This document shows positions 20,130 through 32,968 of a stretch of 64,000 nucleotides of DNA, piece by piece (position 1 is the stretch's first letter; each line of letters opens with the position of its first letter). The notes below the pieces were generated by a model. That model saw only the letters and a list, made by a program, of their open reading frames with translations. It was not told the origin of the DNA and did not search any database. The stretch covers positions 1,218,372 through 1,282,371 of the forward strand of contig CAVSIV010000001.1 of assembly GCA_963728205.1 (NCBI GenBank). Reading direction: 5' to 3'. The stretch is from an uncultured Chloroflexia bacterium. Its GTDB lineage: Bacteria; Chloroflexota; Dehalococcoidia; UBA2979. The position numbers and the translations under genes are program-made.

Positions 20130-20166
20130 TCCGCGGCATGGTCGGACGCTAGCGCCGACAGCGGCA
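20130..20166 (+). repeat. Island boundary repeat, copy D
   Basis: tccgcggcatggtcggacgctagcgccgacagcggca, about 10 bp after the mazF stop. Confidence 0.8.
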
Positions 20167-20168
20167 AA

Positions 20169-20425
20169 TCAGGAGCGAGTCAGGCGCTGGCTTCCCCATC
20201 CGTCGTAGTCGCGGCCTGGCCACTGCTGGGCGACGCCTTCGACGAACACCCGAGCATCGCGTACCGCTTCTGGGCTCGTAACCGCGCCGTGCCGCTCAGC
20301 GACGACGACCCACTCGGGTCCACCTGTCGCAAGAACTCTGCAACGTCCTGCAGGTCCCACCCCGCAGCCTCCACGACCTCAGCTGCTCCGCGCGCGCCCG
20401 CCTCGTCGGCGAAGGACAGGTAGTG
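20169..20425 (-). pseudogene. RraB-like (ribonuclease E inhibitor) domain fragment
   Basis: HYLSFADEAGARGAAEVVEAAGW..WVVVAER..DYDGW; 5' end missing and one frameshift. Confidence 0.55.
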
Positions 20426-20554
20426 CGCGCGGCGCGGATCGACCGGCACGCCACCGATGATCGGTCCCGGGTCCTCGCCGACCGCCTCGACGCCCTCGTC
20501 CGCGAGCTGAGCCGAGGCATGGAGCAGCGGCTGGCACCGAACCCCTATCGCTGA
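20423..20554 (+). mobile_element. Degenerate tyrosine integrase C-terminal remnant next to the tRNA-Gly 3' end
   Basis: VRAARIDRHATDDRSRVLADRLDALV resembles the recalled actinobacterial integrase tail RAALIYQHAT..RDR.IADRLDAL. Confidence 0.55.
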
Positions 20555-20636
20555 CAGATCGCACGCGACGGGCTCAGGCGGTGGGTGGCGGAGAGGCATC
20601 AGGGGTCCGGCAGGCCTCTGACCTGCGGTGCTGCGA

Positions 20637-20710
20637 TGGAGCGGGTGACGGGAATCGAACCCGCATGGCCAGCTTGGAAGGCTGGGGCTCTGCCATTGAG
20701 CTACACCCGC
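20637..20710 (-). tRNA. tRNA-Gly(TCC)
   Basis: gcgggtgtagctcaatggcagagc-cccagccTTCCaagctgg-..gggttcgattccc..cgctCCA cloverleaf with encoded CCA. Confidence 0.97.
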
Positions 20711-20830
20711 GTGCTCCCCTCCACCGGCGACCGTCGTCGGCGGGCCGAGAGCAGGCGCTAGCCTAGTGGCCGCTGTCGCGGGACCCGAAATCCTCCCCGC
20801 ACCGGGCGTATGCCGGGTGTCCGGGCGCCG

Positions 20831-20907
20831 CGGGGTATGGCGCAGTTTGGTAGCGCGTCCGCTTTGGGAGCGGAAGGCCGCCGGTTCAAATCCGGCTACC
20901 CCGACCA
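20831..20907 (+). tRNA. tRNA-Pro(TGG)
   Basis: cggggtatggcgcagtttggtagcgcg-tccgcttTGGgagcgga-..ggttcaaatcc..ccccgaCCA. Confidence 0.97.
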
Positions 20908-20949
20908 TCCCTGCCCACCCGCGCCCGCGCCCTCCGCGCGGAGGAACGC

Positions 20950-21614
20950 TTACGGACGCAGGACGGCCCGCAGATCGGTGATCGCCCGCCCGGCCGCGAT
21001 GCCCTTGGCCTCGAAGCCGTCGACCGGCCGCCAGCCGGGACGCTCCCCTCGTGGACCTCCCACCGCTGGTGCGCAGCCAGCGCGTGCCGGACGTGCGCGG
21101 CATACGGCGCATGGTCGGTGGCGACGAGCAGCCGGCCGCCCGGTTCGAGACGGGAGGCGAGCAGGTCGAGGGTGTGCTGCTGGATGAAGCGTCGCTTGGC
21201 GTGCCGCTTCTTCGGCCACGGGTCGGGGAAGAACAGGTGGACGGCCGCCAGGGACGCCGCCGGCAGCCGCTCCCGGAGCAGCGGCAGCGCGTCGTCGGGC
21301 TCCACCCACAGGTTCGCCACGCGGGCGGCCTCGGCGGCCGCGAGCATCCGGGCCACCCCGGGGACGTGGACCTCGACGGCGAGCAGATCGACGTGAGGGT
21401 GGGCGGCGGCATACGCGATGGCGGCCGCCCCATGCCCGGACCCGATCTCGAGGACGACGGGGGCCACCCGGCCGAACGCCTGTTCTGGGTGCAGCACCCC
21501 GGCCGGGATCCGGCGAGCGGGCAACAGGGTCGCGATCCGCTCCTCGGTCAGCGCAGAGGTGCGCCAGCGCGGGGTGAAGGTGCGCACGCCGGCGTGGGTG
21601 GCGAGGTCGGACAT
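20950..21614 (-). CDS. trmB: tRNA (guanine-N7)-methyltransferase (frameshift near 21045)
   Basis: LEIGSGHG, AVEVHVPG, FFPDPWPKKRHAKRR, ATDHAPYA, FEAKG. Confidence 0.92.
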
Positions 21615-21827
21615 GACCGACCAGGGTACGCAGCGTTCTGCCCCGCCCCAAGCCCACGTTCGTCCACCGGCGCCGTCGACGCCCTGAGCCCCGGGTCCGT
21701 CCCCAGCCGGGGCCGGGGAGATCGCTCGTCAGCCCGGACCATGTCCCTGGCGAGGACGAAGGGTCCCTGATCCGGCGGGACAGGGGTGCTGGCCGCAGGC
21801 TGGTGGGTGACCGGGCGAGGCGAGGGG

Positions 21828-22933
21828 TCAGAGCCGCTGGATGGTGAAGGCCGCGCGGTCGTCCATCCGACCCGAGCGGGCCGAACGGCACACGGCCTCG
21901 GCCATCCCCGCCCCACCGCTCACCATGACCTGGCTCGCCACGCCGAGCATCCGGTCGATGCCGATGTCGAGGTCGTACTCCCGCGACTCGACGACCCCGT
22001 CGGTGTAGAAGAGCAGCGCGTCGCCCGGCTGGAGCCGTCCGGACGCCCGAGGGAAGAACACCCGGTCCATCACCCCGAGCAGCGGCCCTTGGGTGCCGAC
22101 CATCTCCCACGTCGCCGTGCCGGCGTGGTAGTGCCCCGGCGCCGGGTGTCCGGCGAGCCCGATGCTGTAGGACCCGGTGTCGAGGTCGATGTCGAGGTGG
22201 GCAGCCGTGGCGAAACCCTCACCCCATCGCTGACGGATGAGGAACGAGTTCGCGGCGCTGAGGAACGAGAAGGCCCCGACCGAGCCGAGGATGCCGCTCA
22301 GGGCCCCGGAGAGGAGCAACGAGCGAGCACCGGCCCCCCGGCCCTTGCCGCTGACGTCGACGACCGCGACCTCGAGCCGCTTCTTGTCCGGGCTGAGCGA
22401 GGTGACCATGAAGTCGCCCGAGAAGGCATCCCCGTTGGCCGACTGCAGCGCGGCCTCCGCCAGCCAGCCCTCCGGCAGCTCGGGCAGCGTGCCGTTGCGC
22501 TGGATCCGGTCCCGCAGGTCCACGAGCAGGTTGTCCCCGGTGAACCCCTGGGTGCCGAGCCTCGCGCGTGACCGGCCGATGAGATACATGAAGACCATCA
22601 CCGTGCCGAGGGCGAGCGGCGAGAGGAAGAAGGGGTCGCTCGTGGACGGGAACAGCAGGGACCTGACGACGACGACTCCGGCGATCGGGGTGCAGAGGAC
22701 GAGCAGCCGAGGCACGGTGAGGACAACCCGGCGAGGACGATGATCGGCGCGAAGGCGGCCACCGGGATCTGCGCGGGGAAGGCGAGGACGAAGAGCGAGA
22801 CGAACGCCGTCGCTGCCAGCAGGAGGATGAACTGGACGAGGTCGGACTCGCGCAGCATCGAGTTCGTGCCCAGCCACCGGCGCACTTGAGTGCGCCGACG
22901 CCGGCGCACCACGACGCTGACGTTGGTCTCCAC
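21828..22933 (-). CDS. Membrane PP2C/SpoIIE-family phosphatase (frameshift near 22725)
   Basis: N-terminal TM segments; SGDF, VDVSGKG, FATA, AGHP, YTDGVVE, DDRA. Confidence 0.88.
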
Positions 22934-23092
22934 TGCCCCACCCTTGACAGTCCGGTTGTTCCTGCCCAGCGTAGGGCCTGACCCGAGGGGCCGATGCCGA
23001 GACGGGGAAACCGGCAGGGCCCGGCCACTCACCAGCACAAACGCCTGTCGCGACCGTTCGGTTCCGCCCGGCATGGGGGCCGGACCGGTGCG

Positions 23093-23560
23093 CTACGGCA
23101 CCTCCGGGGCGACCCCCTCGGCCTCGTAGCGGCTGACCATGTCGATCCTCCGTTGGTGTCGACCGTCCCCGCTGAAGGGGGTCGAGAGGAAGACCGAGGC
23201 GATCGAGCGCCCCTCCTCGAGGGTGTTCATCCGGCCCCCGATCGAGAGGACCTGGGCATCGTTGTGCTCACGGGCCAGCCGGGCCAACTCGTCGTTGTAG
23301 CACAGGGCCGCCCGGATCCCCCTGACCTTGTTGGCGGCCATCTGCTCACCGTTACCCGAGCCACCGAGGACAATGCCGAACGAGCCCGGGTCCGCGGCGA
23401 CCGCTCGGGCTGCGGCGAGGACGAAAACCGGGTAGTCGTCCTGCGGGTCCAGCTCGTGCGGTCCGTGGTTGACGACCTCGTGCCCCTGCTCCTCCAGGTA
23501 GCCGACGAGGTCGACGAGCATCTCGTATGCCGCATGGTCGCCGCCGATGTGTACGCGCAC
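23093..23560 (-). CDS. rpiB: Ribose-5-phosphate isomerase B
   Basis: GGDHAA, DDYP, GGSGNGEQMAANKV, AREHNDAQ, RHQRRI. Confidence 0.95.
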   Translation of the reverse strand: MRVHIGGDHAAYEMLVDLVGYLEEQGHEVVNHGPHELDPQDDYPVFVLAAARAVAADPGSFGIVLGGSGNGEQMAANKVRGIRAALCYNDELARLAREHNDAQVLSIGGRMNTLEEGRSIASVFLSTPFSGDGRHQRRIDMVSRYEAEGVAPEVP

Positions 23561-23575
23561 GGGTGCGTCCTTCCG

Positions 23576-24197
23576 TCAGTCGAACTGGGGCCCCACGACA
23601 CGGGACCGCTTGAGCTCGTAGAACCCCTTGGTTCCGGCGACGAGCACGCACCCGTCCCACAGCCGTCCCGCCGCCTCACCGCGTGGGGCGGGCGTGACGA
23701 CGGGCCCGAAGAACGCCGTCCCGTCCACGGCGATCGTCGGCGTTCCGACGTCGTCGCCCACGAGGTCGATCGCTCGCTGATGGCTGGCGCGCAGGGCCGC
23801 ATCGTGGGCGTCGGTCGTCGCGGCCGCCGCCAACTCGGCCGGCAGTGCGACCTCGGCGAGTGACTCGGCGATGACCGCGTCGAGGTCCGTGCGCCCGTCG
23901 GGATGGATCCGGGTGCCGAGCGCGTCGTAGAGCGGCTTGGCCACCTCCGGTCCGTGCGCCTCGATCGCCGCGATGACGACGCGGACCGGCCCCCAGGCCC
24001 GGTCGAGGAAGGCACGGTAGTCCGGGTTCAGGTCCCGCCCCTCGTTGAGCACGGCCAGGCTCATGACCGACCACGTGACGTGCACGGGACGGACCTGCTC
24101 GACCTCGGTCATCCAGCGCGACGCCATCCACGCCCAGGGGCACAGCGGGTCGAACCAGAACTCGGCCTCGTGGACGTCGGCGGAGGTGGACGGCATA
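23576..24197 (-). CDS. DsbA-like mycothiol-dependent reductase (Rv2466c-like)
   Basis: [30 protein letters not shown]; positioned between rpiB and pepN. Confidence 0.88.
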
Positions 24198-24367
24198 CGG
24201 ACCATCCTGCCACCGCCTCCCGTGCCCCCACGCCGTGGTCCGCCACATGCGAGGATGGGCGGGACCCCGGGTCGGGCCTGCCGCCCGGGTCAGCCCCCTG
24301 CCACGAGCGGGACCCGCTGCACGACGGCGACCCGCGCCCCAGCCGACCTGCCAGCAAGGAGACCCCC

Positions 24368-26917
<2,550 letters not shown>

Positions 26918-26945
26918 GTAGCCACCGACCCGACCCAAGGACGGC

Positions 26946-27884
26946 ATGCGCATCCTCATCGAGACCCTGACCACGACCCCGATGGCCCTGCTCAGCACGA
27001 CCTCCTGGGCGGCGGTCGGCGACTGGCTGCTCACCGACGGGCTGCGGATCCTCGCAACCGTCGTCATCGCCTTCATCGTCCGCTGGCTGCTCCACCGGTT
27101 CGTCTCCCGGATGGTCACGATGATGACCGCGAGGTCGGCCCGACGCGACGACGAGCTCAACCGAGCGGGCCGCATGCTCGCCGGGATGTCGGAGACGACC
27201 CATGAGCGCTACATCCAACGGATGACGACGCTCGGCTCGCTGCTTCGCTCGATCACCACCTTCGTCGTCTTCGGGATCACGGCGCTCACCGTGATGGCCC
27301 TCCTCGGCATCCCGCTCGCCCCGCTGCTCGCCTCGGCCGGGGTCGGCGGGGTGGCCCTCGGCTTCGGGGCGCAGAGCCTCGTCAAGGACTTCCTGTCCGG
27401 CATCTTCATGATCATCGAGGACCAGTACGGCGTCGGCGATGTCATCGACACCGGCCAGGCGAGCGGCGTCGTCCAAGAGGTCTCGCTGCGTATCACCCGG
27501 CTCCGCGACATCAACGGCGTGACGTGGTACATCCGCAACGGCGAGATCGCCCGGATCGGCAACATGACCAAGGGCAGCTCCAACGCCGTCGTCGACATCC
27601 CCGTCGCCTACAACGAGGACCTCGACAAGGTCCTGGGGGTCATCACCCAGGTGACGGTCGACTTCGCCAAGGACCCCGACTGGGCCGACAAGCTCATCGA
27701 GGCACCCAGCGTCCTCGGGGTCGAGAAGATGGTCGGCGCGATGATGACGATCCGGGTGCTCGCCCCGTGTGCCCCGGGGCAGAACTGGGCGATCCAGCGA
27801 GAGCTGCGCCAGCGGGCGAAGATCGCCCTCGATGCGGCCGGGGTGAAGGCCCCGCCCGTCTTCCCCGGGAGCGGTCAGCCGTGA
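26946..27884 (+). CDS. Small-conductance mechanosensitive channel
   Basis: [44 protein letters not shown]. Confidence 0.92.
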   Translation: MRILIETLTTTPMALLSTTSWAAVGDWLLTDGLRILATVVIAFIVRWLLHRFVSRMVTMMTARSARRDDELNRAGRMLAGMSETTHERYIQRMTTLGSLLRSITTFVVFGITALTVMALLGIPLAPLLASAGVGGVALGFGAQSLVKDFLSGIFMIIEDQYGVGDVIDTGQASGVVQEVSLRITRLRDINGVTWYIRNGEIARIGNMTKGSSNAVVDIPVAYNEDLDKVLGVITQVTVDFAKDPDWADKLIEAPSVLGVEKMVGAMMTIRVLAPCAPGQNWAIQRELRQRAKIALDAAGVKAPPVFPGSGQP

Positions 27885-28285
27885 GCCTCTACGACGCAGT
27901 GGGTGGGGCGCCGACCTTCGCCGCCCTCGTCCGCGGGTTCTACGCCGGCGTTCGCGCCGACCCCGAGCTGCGCGCGCTCTATCCCGAGGAGGACCTCGGC
28001 CCGGCGGAGCGCCGGCTGCGGATGTTCCTCGAGCAGTACTTCGGTGGGCCTGCGGCATACTCCGCCGAGCGCGGCCACCCCCGGCTGCGGATGCGCCATG
28101 CTCCCTTCCCCGTCTCCGAGGACATGCGGGACCGGTGGCTGCGCCACATGCTCGGCTCGCTCGACGCGCTCGGCCTCCCGGCGGAGCAGGACCACGCGAT
28201 GCGCGACTACTTCGAGCGCGCCGCGCACATGATGGTCAACACGTGGACCTCCCCGCCGGGGGGTTTGGCCGCGCCCCAGCCATAG
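27881..28285 (+). CDS. glbO: Group 2 truncated hemoglobin
   Basis: [35 protein letters not shown]. Confidence 0.92.
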   Translation: MSLYDAVGGAPTFAALVRGFYAGVRADPELRALYPEEDLGPAERRLRMFLEQYFGGPAAYSAERGHPRLRMRHAPFPVSEDMRDRWLRHMLGSLDALGLPAEQDHAMRDYFERAAHMMVNTWTSPPGGLAAPQP

Positions 28286-28299
28286 GGAAGGCTGTTCCG

Positions 28300-30072
28300 G
28301 TGACTCTCAGCACCCCGGACACGCCTCCAGCCCCGGTCGACGAGCCGATCCACCGGGCCGAGCCCGACGACGCACCCTGGTGGCGGCATGCCGTCATCTA
28401 CCAGGTCTACCCGCGCAGCTGGGCCGACAGCGACGGCGACGGGGTGGGCGACCTGCCGGGGATCACCGCCCGACTGCCCTACCTCCGCGATCTCGGCGTC
28501 GACGCGATCTGGCTCAGCCCCTTCTACGTCTCACCGATGAACGACGCCGGCTACGACGTCGCCGACTACCGGGCTGTCGACCCGCTCTTCGGTCGGCTCG
28601 CCGACGCCGACACCCTCGTCGCCACGGCGCACGACCTCGGCCTGCGGGTTCTCGTCGACCTCGTGCCGAACCACTCGAGCAGCGAGCATCCGTGGTTCCG
28701 GGCCGCGCTCGCCGCCGCACCGGGCAGTCCGGAGCGGGCCCGCTACATCTTCCGCGACGGGCGCGGCGAGCACGGCGAGCTCCCGCCGAACAACTGGCCG
28801 TCGGTCTTCGGCGGGCGGGGCTGGAGCCGGGTCACCGAGGCCGACGGCTCCCCCGGCCAGTGGTACCTGCACATCTTCGACACGACCCAGCCGGACTACG
28901 ACTGGACCAACCCCGAGGTCCGTGCGGAGTTCCTCTCGATCATCGGGTTCTGGGTCGAGCGGGGTGTCGACGGCTTCCGGGTCGACGTCGCCCACGGCCT
29001 GGTCAAGGAGGACGGGCTGCCGGACTGGGTCGGTGGTCCGATCGGCCAGGGCGCGATCCATGCCGACGAGGGTGAGGAGGGCGAGGAGCCCGCGCGGCTG
29101 CACGACGCGGACCCGGCCACCCATCCGCCGATGTGGAACCAGCCCGGCGTCCATGAGATCTACCGGGCCTGGCGCGAGCTGCTCGACTCCTTCGGCGAGC
29201 CCGAGCGGATCCTGTGCGCCGAGGCGTGGGTGCGGCCCGCGGCCCGGCTCGCCGAGTACGTCCGACCCGACGAGATGCACCAGGCGTTCAACTTCCCGTT
29301 CCTCGACACCCACTGGTACGCCGACCGCCTCCACCGGGTCATCGAGGAGTCGTATGCCGCGACCGACGCTGTGGGTGCTCCGACGACCTGGGTGCTGTCC
29401 AACCACGACGTCGTCCGGCACGTCTCCCGGCTCGGCCTCGACCAGGCGCTGCCGCGCCCCAACGGCATCCGGGCGGACGACCCGCAGCCCGACCTCGAGC
29501 TCGGGCTGCGCCGTGCCCGCGCCGCGACGACCGTCATGCTCGGGCTGCCCGGCGGCGCCTACCTCTACCAGGGAGAGGAGCTCGGGCTGCCCGAAGCGAC
29601 CGACCTTCCCGACGAGGTCCGTCAGGACCCGACGTTCCATCGCACCCACGGGGCGCAGACCGGGCGCGACGGCTGCCGGGTGCCGATGCCGTGGGTCAGC
29701 GACGCGCCGTCCTTCGGGTTCGGCCCGAGCGAGCGGACCTGGCTGCCGCAGCCGGCCGGCTATGCAGACCTCGCCGTCGACCAGCAGGACGGTGTCGAGG
29801 GCTCGACGCTCGAGCTGTACCGGTCACTGCTCGCCACCCGGCGGGCCGAGCACCTCGGTCACGGCGCCCTCCATCGACACGCCCTGGCCTGCGACACCGT
29901 CCTCGCCGTCGTCAACGCCTCGGGCGACGGGTCACGCCGCACCCTCGTCCTGGCCAACCTCGGCACCGACCCGGTCACGCTCCCCGACGGCGCTGTCGTC
30001 ATGCTCACCTCCGGGCCACTGACCGACGAGGGCGCGGTCCCGATCGACACCGCGGTGTGGGCGCGGCTCTGA
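28300..30072 (+). CDS. GH13 alpha-glucosidase
   Basis: WWRHAVIYQVYPRS, DLVPNH, GFRVDVAH, AEAW, NHD, YQGEELG, RDGCRVP. Confidence 0.93.
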   Translation: MTLSTPDTPPAPVDEPIHRAEPDDAPWWRHAVIYQVYPRSWADSDGDGVGDLPGITARLPYLRDLGVDAIWLSPFYVSPMNDAGYDVADYRAVDPLFGRLADADTLVATAHDLGLRVLVDLVPNHSSSEHPWFRAALAAAPGSPERARYIFRDGRGEHGELPPNNWPSVFGGRGWSRVTEADGSPGQWYLHIFDTTQPDYDWTNPEVRAEFLSIIGFWVERGVDGFRVDVAHGLVKEDGLPDWVGGPIGQGAIHADEGEEGEEPARLHDADPATHPPMWNQPGVHEIYRAWRELLDSFGEPERILCAEAWVRPAARLAEYVRPDEMHQAFNFPFLDTHWYADRLHRVIEESYAATDAVGAPTTWVLSNHDVVRHVSRLGLDQALPRPNGIRADDPQPDLELGLRRARAATTVMLGLPGGAYLYQGEELGLPEATDLPDEVRQDPTFHRTHGAQTGRDGCRVPMPWVSDAPSFGFGPSERTWLPQPAGYADLAVDQQDGVEGSTLELYRSLLATRRAEHLGHGALHRHALACDTVLAVVNASGDGSRRTLVLANLGTDPVTLPDGAVVMLTSGPLTDEGAVPIDTAVWARL

Positions 30073-30083
30073 GAACCGGACCG

Positions 30084-30884
30084 ATGATCGCGGCGGACTT
30101 CCCCTACCTGTCCACCGGACTGCCGATCGCCATGGCCCACCGCGGTGGCGCGGCGTACGGTCCCAATGCCGGCCGGGAGAACACGATGGCGGCCTTCCGC
30201 GCCGCCGTGGCCCTCGGCTACCGCTACCTCGAGACCGACGTCCACGCCACGGCGGACGGACGGGTCGTGGCGTTCCACGACTCGCGCCTCGACCGGGTCA
30301 CCGACGCGACCGGTGCCATCGCCGACCTCCCGTATGCCGCCGTCGCGCAGGCCCGGGTCGGTGGCACCGAGCCGGTGCCGCTCCTCGCGGAGCTGCTCGA
30401 CTCACTGCCCGAGACCTTCGTCAACATCGACGTCAAGGCCGACCAGGCGCTCGGGCCGACGATCGAGGAGATCCGCCGGCTCGGGGTCCTGGACCGGGTC
30501 TGTGTCGGCTCGTTCTCCGAGCACCGGTTACGGGCGGCCCGCCGGGCCCTCGGGCCGCGGCTGGCGACCGCCGCCGGCCCGGTGGGGACCTACGCGCTGC
30601 GGCTCACCCCTGCGCGGCTGTCCCGCCTCCTGCACTCCCCCGCCCCGGTGCTCCAGGTCCCCTCCGAACACCGCGTCCTCGGCAGGCTGGTCCGCGTCGT
30701 GACGCCCGCCCTGCTGCAGACCGCCCACGCGCTCGGCAAGCAGGTTCATGTCTGGTTCCACGACTGGAGCCGCGAGGACGCGACCGAGATGCACCGGCTG
30801 CTCGACCTCGGGGTCGACGGCCTCGTCACCGACCACATCGACGTCCTCGCCGACGTGCTGGCCGACCGCGGGACGCCGCTCTGA
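30084..30884 (+). CDS. Glycerophosphodiester phosphodiesterase
   Basis: AHRGG, ENTMAAF, ETDVH.T.DG, FHD..L.RVT, NIDVK, GVDGLVTD. Confidence 0.92.
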   Translation: MIAADFPYLSTGLPIAMAHRGGAAYGPNAGRENTMAAFRAAVALGYRYLETDVHATADGRVVAFHDSRLDRVTDATGAIADLPYAAVAQARVGGTEPVPLLAELLDSLPETFVNIDVKADQALGPTIEEIRRLGVLDRVCVGSFSEHRLRAARRALGPRLATAAGPVGTYALRLTPARLSRLLHSPAPVLQVPSEHRVLGRLVRVVTPALLQTAHALGKQVHVWFHDWSREDATEMHRLLDLGVDGLVTDHIDVLADVLADRGTPL

Positions 30885-30960
30885 GGACCCGGTGACCCGC
30901 CGGTCCCGTCGCGGGCGGGCCGATTCGTCGGGCGCGGGGCGAGCGGCTACGGTGCTGGAC

Positions 30961-32349
30961 GTGACGGAGCGGACCGAGGTGGCGGCCCGCGGCCCGCTGT
31001 CCGCGCCGTACACCCCGGTCACCGTGTCGATGCTCGTCCTCGTCACGATCGTCGCCTTCGAGGCGCTCGCCGTGTCGACGGCCATGCCCAGCGTGGCTGC
31101 CTCGCTCCACGCGGTCCGGTCCTATGGGCTGGCCTTCTCGGTCATGCTGACGACACAGCTGCTCGGGATCGTCCTCGCCGGGGTGTGGGCGGACCGGTCC
31201 GGACCACTGCCCGGCACCGTCGCCGGCCAGGTGCTCTTCGGGATCGGGTCGGCGACCTGCGGCCTGTCGACCCGGCTCGACGTCTTCCTCACCGGGCGGG
31301 CGCTGACCGGCCTCGGGGGTGGGCTCCTCGTCGTCATGCTCTATGTCATCGCAGGGCGGGCGTTCCCCGCGGCACTGCGACCGCGGCTGTTCAGCCTCCT
31401 GTCGGCGGCCTGGGTCCTCCCGGCGCTGGTCGGCCCGCCGATCGCGGCGTGGCTCACCCATGTGTGGACGTGGCGGCTGGTGTTCTGGGTCGTCGTCGTG
31501 CCGGTCGTGCTCACCCTCGGGACGGTGAACCACCTGCGGGGCCGGATCGGGTCCTCCCACGGCGATGCCGCGGTCAGCGGCCGGGACCACCGCACCCACG
31601 TCCGGGTGGCCTGGGCCGGGGTCGGGATCTCGCTCGCGACGGGGGCGATCCAGTTCGGGACCTATGACCTCGTCATCCGGTGGTCGCCGCGAACGGTCCT
31701 CGGGCTCCTCGGGCTCGCCGGCCTCGCCGTCACCGCTCCGATGCTCGTGCCGATCGGCACCTGGCGGATGGCGCGCGGCATCCCCTCGGTCATGCTCGCC
31801 CGGGCCCTGTTCAGCGCCTCGTTCGCCGGGGCCGTCAGCTATGTCCCGCTCATGCTCGTCAGCGAACGCGGGACATCCCTCGGCTACGCCGGGCTCATCG
31901 TCGCGGTGGGGTCCCTCGGCTGGGCGGCCGGTGCATGGGTGCAGGGCCTGCCGCGGTATGCCGCGCGCCGGGAGTCCCTCGTCTACGGGGGCGCCGTCCT
32001 CCTCCTCGCTGGGATGGGGCTCCTGGCGCTGGACGCGTGGTTGGCCTGGCCCACCTGGGTCACCGGCCCGGCGTTCGTGTTCGCGGGCCTGGCCATGGGG
32101 CTCGGGGTCACCTCGACGACGGTGCTCGTCCTTGCCCTCAGCCCGGTCGAGGAGCACGGCGAGCACTCCTCCTCGATCCAGCTCGCCGACGTCCTCGGGG
32201 GGGTGATGGGGGTGGCCACCGCCACGGCGATCTTCGCGGCGCTGCACACGTCGGCCGGTCAGGACAGTGGTGTCTACGCCCTCATCTTCGCCGCGCTCGC
32301 GGCGAGCGGGGCCATAGCGGTCCCGGCCGGTCTGCGGATCAGGACCTGA
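30961..32349 (+). CDS. MFS transporter
   Basis: AFEALAVSTAMP, WADRSG, GRALTGLGGG, AWVLPALVGP, WRLVF. Confidence 0.88.
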   Translation: MTERTEVAARGPLSAPYTPVTVSMLVLVTIVAFEALAVSTAMPSVAASLHAVRSYGLAFSVMLTTQLLGIVLAGVWADRSGPLPGTVAGQVLFGIGSATCGLSTRLDVFLTGRALTGLGGGLLVVMLYVIAGRAFPAALRPRLFSLLSAAWVLPALVGPPIAAWLTHVWTWRLVFWVVVVPVVLTLGTVNHLRGRIGSSHGDAAVSGRDHRTHVRVAWAGVGISLATGAIQFGTYDLVIRWSPRTVLGLLGLAGLAVTAPMLVPIGTWRMARGIPSVMLARALFSASFAGAVSYVPLMLVSERGTSLGYAGLIVAVGSLGWAAGAWVQGLPRYAARRESLVYGGAVLLLAGMGLLALDAWLAWPTWVTGPAFVFAGLAMGLGVTSTTVLVLALSPVEEHGEHSSSIQLADVLGGVMGVATATAIFAALHTSAGQDSGVYALIFAALAASGAIAVPAGLRIRT

Positions 32350-32968
32350 GCGCCCGACGGACCAGGCGCCAGGCGGCATACCCGGCGATCGGCGCGACGA
32401 TGTGCGGCAGCACCCACAGCCCTCCACCGGGGTCGTGCCCGGTCGGGCTGACGACGATGTCGACGTCACCACCGTCCTGCCTTCTCGTCGGCAGGGCGAT
32501 GATGCGGACGACCGGTCTGCCCGCCAGGTGCTCGCGAAGGCGCTCATCGCTGAGCCTGACCGGGTTGACCCCCTCGAAGAGGGTGGCGAAACCGGCGTTG
32601 CGCGCCACGGCGACGGCACCTCGCAGAGCCTCGTCCTCGTCCTCGACGACCTCGGCCAGGCCGGTGATCGTCCGACCCGGCAGCTGGAGCGTCACCTGGG
32701 GGTGGTCACGGAGGTTGGCCAGCCAGTCCGTCCGTGCGCCGAACCCCGCGAGGAGGTAGACCGAGCCGTCGAGGATGGCGTAGTTGAGCGGCGTGCGGCG
32801 CTCCTGCCCCGTCCGGCGCCCCGTCGTCGTGAGGACGGCGAGGTAGCCCACGACCGGGCTCGACACCCACGGCCCGACGGGACTTCGCAGCATCGGGACC
32901 ATGGCCCTGTTGAACCGGCCGAAGGCCACGCGCAGACCCTCCCGCGCCCCCCGGGCGGTCGTGCTCAC
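32339..32968 (-). CDS. Deazaflavin (F420)-dependent nitroreductase family protein
   Basis: LTTTGRRTG..RRTPL, GFG...DWLANL..HP. Confidence 0.85.
   Translation of the reverse strand: MSTTARGAREGLRVAFGRFNRAMVPMLRSPVGPWVSSPVVGYLAVLTTTGRRTGQERRTPLNYAILDGSVYLLAGFGARTDWLANLRDHPQVTLQLPGRTITGLAEVVEDEDEALRGAVAVARNAGFATLFEGVNPVRLSDERLREHLAGRPVVRIIALPTRRQDGGDVDIVVSPTGHDPGGGLWVLPHIVAPIAGYAAWRLVRRALRS

Noticed and set aside
16739-20166. Boundary repeats as a CRISPR array
   Set aside because: Spacing is hundreds to thousands of bp with whole genes in between, the copies are degenerate, and no cas genes are present.
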